Below are positions 34,230 through 43,654 of a stretch of DNA of 49,055 bases, in pieces (position 1 is the stretch's first letter; every line of letters starts with the position of its first letter). Source of the DNA: an uncultured Burkholderiales bacterium (lineage in GTDB: Bacteria > Pseudomonadota > Gammaproteobacteria > Burkholderiales > Burkholderiaceae_D); assembly GCA_937872165.1 (NCBI GenBank), contig CALMOR010000062.1, positions 1 through 49,055 on the forward strand, in the 5' to 3' direction. The notes beneath the pieces were generated by a model. That model ran no database searches. It saw only the letters and a program-made list of their open reading frames with translations, and was not told the DNA's origin. Made by a program: the position numbers and the translations under genes.

Positions 34230-34901
34230 ATGCCAGCAAAGAAGACAACGCCCCCAGCACCTAGCGCGAGGCCCAAGAAGCCCCGTGCTGTGTTGCGTCC
34301 TGTCGACGTGACCGAGTCCTTGCCGCCGTCTCCCAAGGAGAAGCAGGTGCGCAACACGAAGGGTCTGAAGGACCACGAGTTCAAGAAGGGGCCGGACCCG
34401 CGGCGCTTCGTCATGGTGCCACGTCTGGCGAAGATCAGCGACATGAAGCGTCGCATGCTCGCCAAGTCCGGCATGACGCCGCTCGACTTCCTGACGGCCG
34501 TGTATCGTGACGAGCTGTACGATGACTATGAGCCGCATCAGTTCACCGAGGTCGCAGACGACAAGTTGCTGCCGTACGCTCGCGTCTGGAAGCCAACCGA
34601 CAACGCGCGACGCGTCAAGGTCAACCTCGATCAGCGCATCGTGGCTGCCAACCAGGCGGCGCCGTACTTCCACAGCAAGCGACCGGTTCAGCTCAACCTC
34701 GGCAACGCCGGGAACGTCACGCCCGCCTCGATGACGCAGGAGCAGATGAGCGCACTGACCACCGAGGAGCTGGAGGCGATCATCCGCGCAGGCGAGGTCC
34801 TGGGCACGCTGCCCTCGACTGGCAGGAACATGGTTACGCTCAGCGAGGGCGTGGCCTCCGCGGACGAGGCGCGCACGATCGAGATGGAGGGGGCGCAGTG
34901 A
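34230..34901 (+). CDS. terS: Terminase small subunit (putative)
   Basis: TPLDFL..V.RD and RI.AA..AAPYFH.K motifs; directly upstream of TerL. Confidence 0.7.
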   Translation: MPAKKTTPPAPSARPKKPRAVLRPVDVTESLPPSPKEKQVRNTKGLKDHEFKKGPDPRRFVMVPRLAKISDMKRRMLAKSGMTPLDFLTAVYRDELYDDYEPHQFTEVADDKLLPYARVWKPTDNARRVKVNLDQRIVAANQAAPYFHSKRPVQLNLGNAGNVTPASMTQEQMSALTTEELEAIIRAGEVLGTLPSTGRNMVTLSEGVASADEARTIEMEGAQ

Positions 34902-36484
34902 TCGTCGCTCCGGCCAAGGCGGTTCCGATCGCGGATCAGCGCGCGGCGCTCGCCATAGTTGCGCATCGCGAGTTCAAGTGGTTCGTGTCGTACGTCTGGC
35001 CTGTGCTCGAACCGGGCGTCAAGTACCAGCACAACTGGCACATCGACGCCATCGCGGAGTACCTTCAGGCGGTGAAGGATGGGCAGGTCAAGCGCCTGAT
35101 CATCAACATGCCGTTCCGGATGCTGAAGTCCACGCTAGTCAGTCAGATGTTCCCAGCGTATGAGTGGCTTCACAACCCGTCCGAGCAGTACCTGACCTCC
35201 TCCTACGCCAAGGACTTGGCCACCAGGGACGCGGTCAACAGTCGACGCATCATCGAGTCGTCGCTGTATGCTGAGCTGCTGTCTCTGAGCCCCAAGGATC
35301 AGCAGTTCATCATGACAGGCGATCAGAACGTCAAGACGCGCTATGAGAACGACAAGCGCGGCATGCGGACTGTCACGTCCACGGATGCTGCGTCCACAGG
35401 GTTCGGGGGCTCGCGCTTGATCGTGGACGATCCGATTAGCGCCAAGATGGCAGACTCAGCGCTGGAGATCAACAAGTCCATCGAGTGGTGGCGCGGTACG
35501 ATGGCCACGCGCTTCAACAACCCTGGACAGGACGCCGCGATCGTCACGCATCAGCGCCTGAACGAGAAGGACTTGACAGGCTACCTGCTGGCAGAGGAGG
35601 GCAACTGGGATCACCTGATCCTGCCCATGCGCTGGGACCCCAAGATCGTTTCCATCGCATCGTCGTTTCAGCCCAAGGTGCTCGATCCGCGGAACTACAC
35701 CACGCGCCGCGATCCTGCGTACAAGGGTGCTACGGGACCGGGCGCGCTGCTGTTTCCCCATCGCCTCGATGAGACTGCGGTCCAGGCGCTGGAGAAGTCG
35801 CTGGGCAAGTACCATACGTCAGCACAGCTTCAGCAGAACCCAGCGCCACGCGCAGGCAACCTGTTCAAGCGGGATGACTGGCGGTACTGGCGCGTGGCGC
35901 CGATCCTCAAGACCCTCGATGTTGTGCTGTCGGTGGACTGTACCTTCAAGGACGTGGAGGCCGCGGACTACGTGTCCATGACCGTGTGGGGGTTCGAGAA
36001 GCGCGAGGCAGTCACCACTGCGTCCTCAGTGATCCAGTACCAGGGCGGCAAGGCGTACCTGCTGGACAGGACGTACGGACAGATGGGGCTCATGGCAACG
36101 CTCCGCGCGCTGCGCGGTCTCAGGGCCAAGTGGGACAACGCGATCGCGGTGCTGGTGGAGGACAAGGCCAACGGATCGGCCGTCATCGAGACGCTCAGCA
36201 CCGAGGTCCCGGGCGTGATCCCCATCAATCCCGAGGGCGGCAAGTACAGCCGCGCAGCAGCCGTCCAGCCGCAGCAGGAGGCGCACCAGATCATCTTGCC
36301 TGATCCTTCGCTCCCGGGCTACGCCTGGGTTCATGACTACGTCGAGAACATGACTCGGTTCCCGGGGACGCCGGACGACGACACCGACAGCACATCACAA
36401 GCGCTCAACTGGAATCGAGTGCGCCCCGGGTACACCAAGAAATCACCACTGCCCTCGGTTGGGGGCGCAAGGACCATGACATGA
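34898..36484 (+). CDS. terL: Terminase large subunit
   Basis: LIINMPFRMLKS Walker A variant, LIVDDP Walker B, QRL..KDL.G, and nuclease motifs SVDCTFK, VEDKANG and DD.TDSTSQAL. Confidence 0.93.
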   Translation: MIVAPAKAVPIADQRAALAIVAHREFKWFVSYVWPVLEPGVKYQHNWHIDAIAEYLQAVKDGQVKRLIINMPFRMLKSTLVSQMFPAYEWLHNPSEQYLTSSYAKDLATRDAVNSRRIIESSLYAELLSLSPKDQQFIMTGDQNVKTRYENDKRGMRTVTSTDAASTGFGGSRLIVDDPISAKMADSALEINKSIEWWRGTMATRFNNPGQDAAIVTHQRLNEKDLTGYLLAEEGNWDHLILPMRWDPKIVSIASSFQPKVLDPRNYTTRRDPAYKGATGPGALLFPHRLDETAVQALEKSLGKYHTSAQLQQNPAPRAGNLFKRDDWRYWRVAPILKTLDVVLSVDCTFKDVEAADYVSMTVWGFEKREAVTTASSVIQYQGGKAYLLDRTYGQMGLMATLRALRGLRAKWDNAIAVLVEDKANGSAVIETLSTEVPGVIPINPEGGKYSRAAAVQPQQEAHQIILPDPSLPGYAWVHDYVENMTRFPGTPDDDTDSTSQALNWNRVRPGYTKKSPLPSVGGARTMT

Positions 36485-38256
36485 GAGTATTTGGCAAGCA
36501 GTTCCAGTTCGCGGACATCCTGGGGCGCAATCGTCTCATGCCTGGTGGCGTGGTGGATCAGAGCGACGCAGCTACGCGCGAGGCGCAGGCCAGCAACGAT
36601 CCCAAGGCGGCGCTCTACGATGATCAGGCGATCCTGTCGCAGTTCATCTTCATGATCACGCGGTTCCCAGACCCGGACGAGGTACTGCGTCAGGCAGGGA
36701 TCAGCCGCAAGCAGCTTGCGGTCCTGATGACGGACGACGAGGTGTATCAGACGTTCGACACGCGGCGCGACGCCGTGCTGGGGACGCCCCTGCGCCTGGA
36801 GCTGCGCGCTCAGCCGACGAAGCCCAAGGGCAAGGATGCGACGCCTGCGAGCAGCGACAAGTCGGGCATCGAGGGTGACGAGTTCGCGCAGTTCCTGCTG
36901 GATCAGCTGGCCAGTATCAAGACCGTCGGCATCCCGGGTATCTGGAACGCAGTCCCCTACGGTTACAGCGTGGTCGAGGCGGTGTACACGAACCCGGACG
37001 ATCCGCGCGAGGCGCGCGAGGACGGACGCATCGGCCTGAAGACGTTCCTGGAAAAGCCGTTCTGGTGGTTCGAGCCCAAGGCGGACGGCTCCCTGCGCTA
37101 CTACCCGGACAACGGATCAGCCGGCGACGAGGGCATCCTGTGCGACCAGCAGTTCAAGTTCTTCCTGACGCGTCGGCGTCCCACGTACCTCAACCCCTTC
37201 GGCGAGGCGCTGCTGTCGCGCCTGTACTGGCCGTGGTTCTTCAGGTACAACGGCTGGAAATTCTGGTCCAAGTTCGTCGAGCGCTTCGGTGCGCCGCTCC
37301 TCGTGGGTATGACCGACAACACGGAGGCCATGACGCTGGCCCTTCTGCAGGCGCACAGCTCAGCGGTCATCAGCATCGGCAAGGAAGACAAGATCGATGC
37401 GGTGGGCGGTGCGGGCGTCGGTGGCGGTGATGCATTCGATCGGTTCGAGTCGGCCTCGATCCGTCGGATTCAGAAGGTCGTGCTGGGGCAGACCCTGACG
37501 AGTGGCACGGATGGCGGCTCGGGCAACCGCGCGCTGGGACAGGTCCACGAGACGGTGCGACGGGACAAGCTGGACAGCGATCTGGAGCTCATCACGCCCA
37601 CGATTCAGCGCCTAGTCGATGCGCTCTGCGTGCTCAACGGCAAGGCGGCCGGCACCTACACGGCGTTCTACGCCGACGACACAGGGCTGGAGGCGGATCG
37701 AGCGACGCGCGACGTGGCGCTGATGTCATCCAAGCGCATCGCCTTCACCAAGGCGTACTTCATCAACAACTACGACTTCCGGGAGGACGACATCCTGGTG
37801 GATGAATCCGAACCGACGAGCGTAGTCCCAACCCCAGGAGGTCAAGTGGTCGACGAAGATGGCAATGACCCGGCTGTCAGCGGCAAGCCGGCTGTACCGC
37901 CCAAGGCGGCGGCCAAGGCACCTCCGCTGAACAAGGCCAATACCCCGGCGAGCCGGGTTCTGCGCGCGGCGCTGGAGACGTTCAGCCATCAGACGCGCAC
38001 GACCCGGTTCACGCACCAGCAGAACATCGTCGAGGACCTGGCCGACGAGGCGCTGGAGGCCGCGGGCAAGCCCATTGCGGCCGAGGTCATCCGCTCGGCG
38101 GTGTTCGCGGCCACGGACCCGGAGGACCTGGAGTCGCGGCTGCTGGCGCTGATCGGCCCGGGCACGCTCGACGCCGAGCAGTTCAGGGCGGTGCTGGAGA
38201 CGGCGCTGTTCACGGCCGACGTGCTGGGCTACGTGCACGCCGACAACAAGGTCTGA
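36481..38256 (+). CDS. Portal protein (Mu gp29/DUF935-like)
   Basis: A.PYGYSV.E, NPFGEALLSRLYWPWFFR...W.KFVERFGAP and KVVLGQTLTS...ALGQVH. Confidence 0.9.
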   Translation: MRVFGKQFQFADILGRNRLMPGGVVDQSDAATREAQASNDPKAALYDDQAILSQFIFMITRFPDPDEVLRQAGISRKQLAVLMTDDEVYQTFDTRRDAVLGTPLRLELRAQPTKPKGKDATPASSDKSGIEGDEFAQFLLDQLASIKTVGIPGIWNAVPYGYSVVEAVYTNPDDPREAREDGRIGLKTFLEKPFWWFEPKADGSLRYYPDNGSAGDEGILCDQQFKFFLTRRRPTYLNPFGEALLSRLYWPWFFRYNGWKFWSKFVERFGAPLLVGMTDNTEAMTLALLQAHSSAVISIGKEDKIDAVGGAGVGGGDAFDRFESASIRRIQKVVLGQTLTSGTDGGSGNRALGQVHETVRRDKLDSDLELITPTIQRLVDALCVLNGKAAGTYTAFYADDTGLEADRATRDVALMSSKRIAFTKAYFINNYDFREDDILVDESEPTSVVPTPGGQVVDEDGNDPAVSGKPAVPPKAAAKAPPLNKANTPASRVLRAALETFSHQTRTTRFTHQQNIVEDLADEALEAAGKPIAAEVIRSAVFAATDPEDLESRLLALIGPGTLDAEQFRAVLETALFTADVLGYVHADNKV

Positions 38257-38260
38257 GCTC

Positions 38261-39676
38261 ATGTCCATCAAACCCCTGCCCTTCCGCGAGGCGCTGGACT
38301 ACGCGGCGCAGCGTCGGGTCATCCTGCCGGCTGAATACTACGGCTCGCGGATCGGTCTTCAGCGCGCGCAGGCGTTCAGCGTCGCCGGTCTGACGCAGCT
38401 GAGCCAGATTCAGCTCGTGCTGGACTCGCTCAACGACCATCTCGCGGGCGGGCTGGGGTTCGAGGCGTGGAAGGAGCAGGTGACCAGCGGCAACATCCCC
38501 CTGGAGCTGCCCGCTGAGCGCCTGGACAACATCTTCAGGACGAACATCCAGGGATCGTACAACGCGGGGCGCTACAAGCAGCAGACGGACCCGGTCAACT
38601 TGAAGCTGCGGCCGTACTGGATGTATGACGCGGTGAACGACTCGCGGACGCGGCCGACGCACCGCGCGATGGACAACACGATCCTGCCGGCCGACGATCG
38701 GTGGTGGATGACGCACTATCCTCCCAACGGCTACCGCTGTCGGTGCACGGTCATCAGCCTAAGCGCCAAGCAGGCGCAGCAGCGAGGCATCACGCAGACG
38801 TACCCCCAGGGAGCCGAGCCGGACAGCGGCTGGGGCTACAACCCAGGGCAGGCGTATCAGCAAGGGGTCGGCGCTGGGATCGACAAGGCGGTGAAGGACA
38901 ACCCGGACCTTGACGCCGCAGCGCGCGACATCAGGGACGGCGCTGCGGCGAAGCAGCCGACGCTCGACGATGTGAAGGTCCAGGGTGCGAAGGTCGTGAA
39001 GCAGCTGCTGGAGGAGCCTCAGCTTCAGCGTACCGCGCGCGAGGCGGCCCACGACACCGGCATGCACGTGGCCCTGCGCATGGGGTTTCAGACGGCGCTC
39101 CGCGATCTGTGGGGTGAGAGCGGCGTGCGACCCGACGAGGTCATGAACGGCGCCGCCTCCAAGGCCGACTTCGCCACCGGCGCGCTCAGTCGCCTGCCCC
39201 CCAGCCTTCAGCGCGCGATGAGGGCGTACTACGATGGCAAGTTGGCGGTCAAGCGCGTTCAGGGGCGGGCCTCGTTCAACCCGCAGTTCGAGCGCCTGAC
39301 CACGGACGGCTCGCTGGACACGACGATCCACGAGATGGCGCACGCGGCGCAGTGGGCAGCCCCTCAGGTCGATGCGTTGTTCCAGGAGTATCACGCTGAG
39401 CGCGTGGGCGCTGAGCCGCTGGTGAAGCTCAAGCAGCTGCGTCCGACGGTCAACTATCGTCCCGACGAGGTCACGAAGCCCGACAAGTTCATCGAACCGT
39501 ACATGGGCAAGGTGTATCAGAAGGATCGGACCGGCTATGGCGGGGCGCTGGAGATGATGTCGATGGCGTTCGAGTACCTCATGGGCAATTCCACGGCTAA
39601 GTTCATGAAGCTGTTCACGCAAGACCGACCGTTTCTGGAGATGATCGTAGGAGTATCGACAAGTGACCTTGCGTAA
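38261..39676 (+). CDS. MuF/SPP1 gp7 head morphogenesis protein with a C-terminal HExxH extension
   Basis: AFSVAG, IFRTN, YDAVNDSRTRPTH and PPNGYRCRC; extension contains IHEMAH and a downstream EMMSMAFE. Confidence 0.9.
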   Translation: MSIKPLPFREALDYAAQRRVILPAEYYGSRIGLQRAQAFSVAGLTQLSQIQLVLDSLNDHLAGGLGFEAWKEQVTSGNIPLELPAERLDNIFRTNIQGSYNAGRYKQQTDPVNLKLRPYWMYDAVNDSRTRPTHRAMDNTILPADDRWWMTHYPPNGYRCRCTVISLSAKQAQQRGITQTYPQGAEPDSGWGYNPGQAYQQGVGAGIDKAVKDNPDLDAAARDIRDGAAAKQPTLDDVKVQGAKVVKQLLEEPQLQRTAREAAHDTGMHVALRMGFQTALRDLWGESGVRPDEVMNGAASKADFATGALSRLPPSLQRAMRAYYDGKLAVKRVQGRASFNPQFERLTTDGSLDTTIHEMAHAAQWAAPQVDALFQEYHAERVGAEPLVKLKQLRPTVNYRPDEVTKPDKFIEPYMGKVYQKDRTGYGGALEMMSMAFEYLMGNSTAKFMKLFTQDRPFLEMIVGVSTSDLA

Positions 39677-39944
39677 CCTTGAGCTGTATCGTGGCGGTGA
39701 GCACGGCGTCCTCAATTGGGACGACGAGACGGGCGTGGTCCACGGCGCATTCGCGGACGAGCTGGCCCCGTACCTGGACGAAGCGCTCACCTACATACCG
39801 GCCGGGCTCTACCCGACCGATCCGCCGCGCCGGGATCGCGCCGCGATGCTGGTTCTGCTGCTCGTGCAGGGCTTCGACGTGCCCGAGGGATTCGAGGACC
39901 TGCTACCGGACAAGCCGCTCAACGAGGACCTGTTTCTGACATGA
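39663..39944 (+). CDS. Small acidic protein, candidate partner or immunity protein of the MuF extension
   Basis: 93 aa; AGGAG RBS; overlaps the MuF 3' end. Confidence 0.6.
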   Translation: MTLRNLELYRGGEHGVLNWDDETGVVHGAFADELAPYLDEALTYIPAGLYPTDPPRRDRAAMLVLLLVQGFDVPEGFEDLLPDKPLNEDLFLT

Positions 39945-40024
39945 CTACGTGTGCGCTCCTGCGTCCGAAAGGCGCCGACCCACACCCTCGGCTGCCTTCG
40001 TTGCGAAAAACCAACGCGGCCCCC

Positions 40025-40054
40025 TTTACTCGAACTGGCGCGATCGGTTATACG
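40025..40054 (+). promoter_or_regulatory. Possible promoter TTTACT-N18-TATACG for the capsid operon
   Basis: Consensus-like boxes in the 170-bp gap upstream of the protease. Confidence 0.4.
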
Positions 40055-40113
40055 TGCGCGCTGCTTGGAGCGCGGGTGGGCGAGCCAACAACCCTGATCC
40101 TCAGTGAGGAAGT

Positions 40114-41136
40114 ATGCCCATTGCCCGCACGCTAACGCCCGACAACAGCCGGTTCGAGTTCGCCGCGCTGCCCAACATCAACCCGGCCGGCACCGACGCC
40201 AGCGGGGGACCGAAGCCCAGGCGCTTCGCGGGAGTCGCGTACAGCGGCGAGGTCATCCCCAACCACTACTGGTGGGGCAACGTGATCTTCGATCTGAGCT
40301 CGATCGCGCCGCCGGCCAAGGCGTTCCCCGCGCTGGTGAACCACGACGGCGACGCCGTGGCGGGCTTCATCGACGACTTCAACATCGAACCCGACGGCAT
40401 CAAGATCGGCGGCCCGCTCATCTTCGCCGACGGCTACAAGGGCAAGTACGTCGCGGACGGCTCCGACGCGGGCTTTCCGTGGCAGATGAGCGTCTGCATC
40501 AAGCCGGGCAGCATCGAGGAGGTCGCCCCTGGCACGGATGTCACCGTCAACGGCAAGGCGCTCCAAGGCCCCCTCACTATCTTTCGCAACTCCACGCTCA
40601 GCGAGGTGTCATTCACCCCGACGGGCTGGGACGCGAACACCTCAGCGGCGGCGATGAGTCGCGCAAACGCCGCTCAACCCCCGCAAGGAGATACACCGAT
40701 GACCCCGGAAGAAAAGGCACGCATGGACAAGCTGGAGGCCGATCTGGCCGCCGCGAACGCCACCAACACGACGCTGAAGGCCAGCGCCGACACCGCCACG
40801 CAGGAGCGGGATCGCCTCGCAGCCGCCGCGCTCGCGACGCGCACCACCGCCGTCACGACCCTGTTCGCCGACCTCGGCCAGGACGTGAAGCCGGACGCGC
40901 AGGAGTTCAAGGACATGGTCGGCCTGCCGGACTCGGCCTTCAAGACCGTCGAAGCCAGCATGCGCGCTGCGATCAAGCGCGTTCCGGGCCGCGACGCCAA
41001 CCTGTTCACCGAGACGGCCACCACCGGCAAGGACGGCAAGCCCGTCGACCAGAGCGTGGCGAAGGACGGCCAGCACGGCCTCGTGGCTGGCGCCCGTGCC
41101 CGCGCCGACCAGATGTCGCAGAACCGCAAGCACTGA
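40114..41136 (+). CDS. Prohead protease/scaffold
   Basis: FAGVAYSG, L.NHD, GFPWQMSV and EVSFTP.G.D.NT; coiled-coil C-half with an internal start at 40699. Confidence 0.85.
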   Translation: MPIARTLTPDNSRFEFAALPNINPAGTDASGGPKPRRFAGVAYSGEVIPNHYWWGNVIFDLSSIAPPAKAFPALVNHDGDAVAGFIDDFNIEPDGIKIGGPLIFADGYKGKYVADGSDAGFPWQMSVCIKPGSIEEVAPGTDVTVNGKALQGPLTIFRNSTLSEVSFTPTGWDANTSAAAMSRANAAQPPQGDTPMTPEEKARMDKLEADLAAANATNTTLKASADTATQERDRLAAAALATRTTAVTTLFADLGQDVKPDAQEFKDMVGLPDSAFKTVEASMRAAIKRVPGRDANLFTETATTGKDGKPVDQSVAKDGQHGLVAGARARADQMSQNRKH

Positions 41137-41204
41137 GCAGTCGCAAGACCAACCAAGCAGCCCCTCCTCCTGTAGCACCCTGATTCATTCCTGAAAGGAA
41201 CACC

Positions 41205-41867
41205 ATGTTCACGATCCAAGGGGGCCGTCTGACCGACTGGCTCAAGTACGAAAACAAGGACGGCGAGCGCTTCAGCCGCGAGAACTGGAACGTGCCGGCC
41301 GCCAACGGCCTGCTGCTGACCGGCATGCTCCTGGCGATGGCCGGCTCGGGCGAAGGCATCGACTTCGGACCGGGCAACGCCAACACCGGCAACGGCGCCA
41401 TGACGGCCGTGTCGGCCACCGCGGGCGTTGCCCCGGGCAACTACGTCGTCACGATGACGGGCGCCGGTCCGACGGCCGCCTTCAGCGTCGCGGGTCCGGC
41501 CGCCTTCAACCAGACCGGCGCGGTGGGCACGCCCTTCAACCAGGGCGGTCTGGCCTTCTCGATCGCCGACGGCTCCACGGACTTCGTGGTGGGCGATTCG
41601 TTCGTCCTCGACGTGCGTGCGGAATCGGGCGTCGGCACGCCGATCACGGCGAGCTACACGGCCGGCGTCACGCTGGGCATCGTCGTCGAGCCCGTCGACA
41701 CGACCGCCAAGGCGAAGCGCGCGGCCGTGCTCGTGCGGGACGCGCGGATCGCGGCGTCCGGCCTCAACTTCCCCAGCGGCATCACCCCGGCAGCGAAGGC
41801 CGCCGTGTTGACGCAGCTGGCCGCGCAACGCGTCTACACCGTCACCGAAGTCCCGCCGCTCAGCTGA
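41205..41867 (+). CDS. Head decoration protein with an inserted beta domain
   Basis: DWLKYE...FSRE N-terminus and VLVRDA.I....L.FP C-terminus of gpD-like proteins; located between protease and capsid. Confidence 0.8.
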   Translation: MFTIQGGRLTDWLKYENKDGERFSRENWNVPAANGLLLTGMLLAMAGSGEGIDFGPGNANTGNGAMTAVSATAGVAPGNYVVTMTGAGPTAAFSVAGPAAFNQTGAVGTPFNQGGLAFSIADGSTDFVVGDSFVLDVRAESGVGTPITASYTAGVTLGIVVEPVDTTAKAKRAAVLVRDARIAASGLNFPSGITPAAKAAVLTQLAAQRVYTVTEVPPLS

Positions 41868-41921
41868 TCGAGCCCCACCAGCGGAAAGCAGCCTCTCCTC
41901 CATCCTGAAAGGAAACACCAG

Positions 41922-42929
41922 ATGTATCCCAATCCGCTTACGGGCAACGGGTACAGCTTGACCGAGCTGACCCAGGCGATCAACGTCCTGCCCAACATGT
42001 ACGGTCGCGTCACGCAGATGGGTCTGTTCACGACCCGCGGCCTGACGACCCCCACGTTCACCATCGAGTACCGCGATGGCGTGCTCGCGCTCGTGCCGAC
42101 GACCCCCTGGGGCGGCCCGGCGCCGAAGAACCAGATGGGCAAGTCGCGCACCATCCCGTTCGTCGTGCCGCACACGCCGTTCGAGGACCTGGTCAAGGCG
42201 TCCGAGGTCATGGGCATTCGCGCCTTCGGCACCGACAACGTCGCGGAGTCGGTCAACAGCCGGGTCAACGACAAGCTCCAGGTGATGAAGAACAAGATCG
42301 ACCAGACGATGGAATTCCGTCGCATGGGCGCGCTGAAGGGCATCGTGTACGATGCGGACGGCGAGACGGTCCTGGTCAACTACTTCGAGTCGTTCGGCAT
42401 CCAGCAGCAGGTGATGTCCTGGGACCTGCGCAAGACGAACACGACCACGCTCGTGCGTGACATGGTCGTCGACCTCGCCCGCTACATGGAGGACCACGCC
42501 CAAGGCGCGACCTTCACCGGCATCCGCGTCCTGTGCTCGCCGGAGTTCTTCACGGCCCTCATCTCGGCGCCGTCGGTCGAGCGCATCTACGCGGCGTCGC
42601 TGTCGCTCGCCCAGGTGGCGGCGCAGGACCTGCGGCGCGGCTGGCAGTTCGCCGGCGCGACGTTCGAGGAGTACCGCGGCGTGGTGAACGGCAACAAGTT
42701 CATCGAGCCGGGCGCGGCCTACGCGTTCCCCGAGGGCACCACCGACATGTTCTCGGACATGGTGGCGCCGGCGGACTTCCTGGAGACGGTCAACACGGTG
42801 GGCATCCCCTACTACGCCCGTCAGGCGAACCAGGACATGAACCGCGGCATCGACCTCCACGTGCAGAGCAACATCCTGCCGATGGTCACGCGTCCCGGCC
42901 TGCTGGTCAAGCTGGTCGCCCAGGTCTAA
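41922..42929 (+). CDS. Major capsid protein (gpE-like family)
   Basis: LT.AIN.LP, T.EF.RMGALKG, F.GATFEEYRG, APADFLETVNT.G.PYYA and QSN.LP...RP.LLVK. Confidence 0.92.
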   Translation: MYPNPLTGNGYSLTELTQAINVLPNMYGRVTQMGLFTTRGLTTPTFTIEYRDGVLALVPTTPWGGPAPKNQMGKSRTIPFVVPHTPFEDLVKASEVMGIRAFGTDNVAESVNSRVNDKLQVMKNKIDQTMEFRRMGALKGIVYDADGETVLVNYFESFGIQQQVMSWDLRKTNTTTLVRDMVVDLARYMEDHAQGATFTGIRVLCSPEFFTALISAPSVERIYAASLSLAQVAAQDLRRGWQFAGATFEEYRGVVNGNKFIEPGAAYAFPEGTTDMFSDMVAPADFLETVNTVGIPYYARQANQDMNRGIDLHVQSNILPMVTRPGLLVKLVAQV

Positions 42930-42963
42930 CGACCGCAGCTGCTGAAGAGAAGGAGCCAGCCTC

Positions 42964-43641
42964 ATGGAGCCCACCAAGTCGTTTCCGTTCGTTCGGGGCG
43001 ACCTGCTGTCACTCACGGGGCTGGTTCCGGCTCGTTTCGCCACGGCCAGTATCACGTCGGCCTCCGGGACGATCCGCCACCCGCGCCATCCGGGCCAGTC
43101 CTGGCCCCTCAACATCACGCTCGCGCCCTACGTGGACGCGAACACCGATCGCAACATCCTCATCGAGTGCGACGCCGCAGTGACGGCGCTCTGGCCGGAT
43201 GGGCAGATGGTTGCGCGCATCAAGTTTCTGCCAATCGGCGTCAGCTCAGGACCTATCTACGTCGACGTGGGTGGGCAGAGCATGACAGAGCTGCCTATCA
43301 TTCACCTGCGCCCGACGTACGATCTGTCGGGCGTTTCGTTGGACTTTCCGGGCGCTGACTTCCGCGTCCAGCCCAACGCGCTTGACCTCGACGTGACGCT
43401 GTACCCGCTCCTCAAGGGAGACAAGGGTGAGGCGGGCTCGGCCGGGGGCGCTTCATACACGCACGATCAGATGAACGCGGCAACCGTCTGGTACGTGGCG
43501 CACAATCTCAACCGGCACCCCTCCGTGGTGGTGACGGATTCGTCCGGTCGACAGGTTGAAGGAGACGTGGTGTACGTCGATGCCAACCACGTGACCATCA
43601 CCTTCAGCGCGGCCTTTGCAGGCTTGGCGTACTTCAACTGA
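42964..43641 (+). CDS. Virion fibre/decoration-associated protein
   Basis: Short collagen-like KGDKGEAG, then a HDQ..AATVW...HNL...PSV.V.D module. Confidence 0.6.
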   Translation: MEPTKSFPFVRGDLLSLTGLVPARFATASITSASGTIRHPRHPGQSWPLNITLAPYVDANTDRNILIECDAAVTALWPDGQMVARIKFLPIGVSSGPIYVDVGGQSMTELPIIHLRPTYDLSGVSLDFPGADFRVQPNALDLDVTLYPLLKGDKGEAGSAGGASYTHDQMNAATVWYVAHNLNRHPSVVVTDSSGRQVEGDVVYVDANHVTITFSAAFAGLAYFN

Positions 43642-43654
43642 ACAGGAGCTGACA

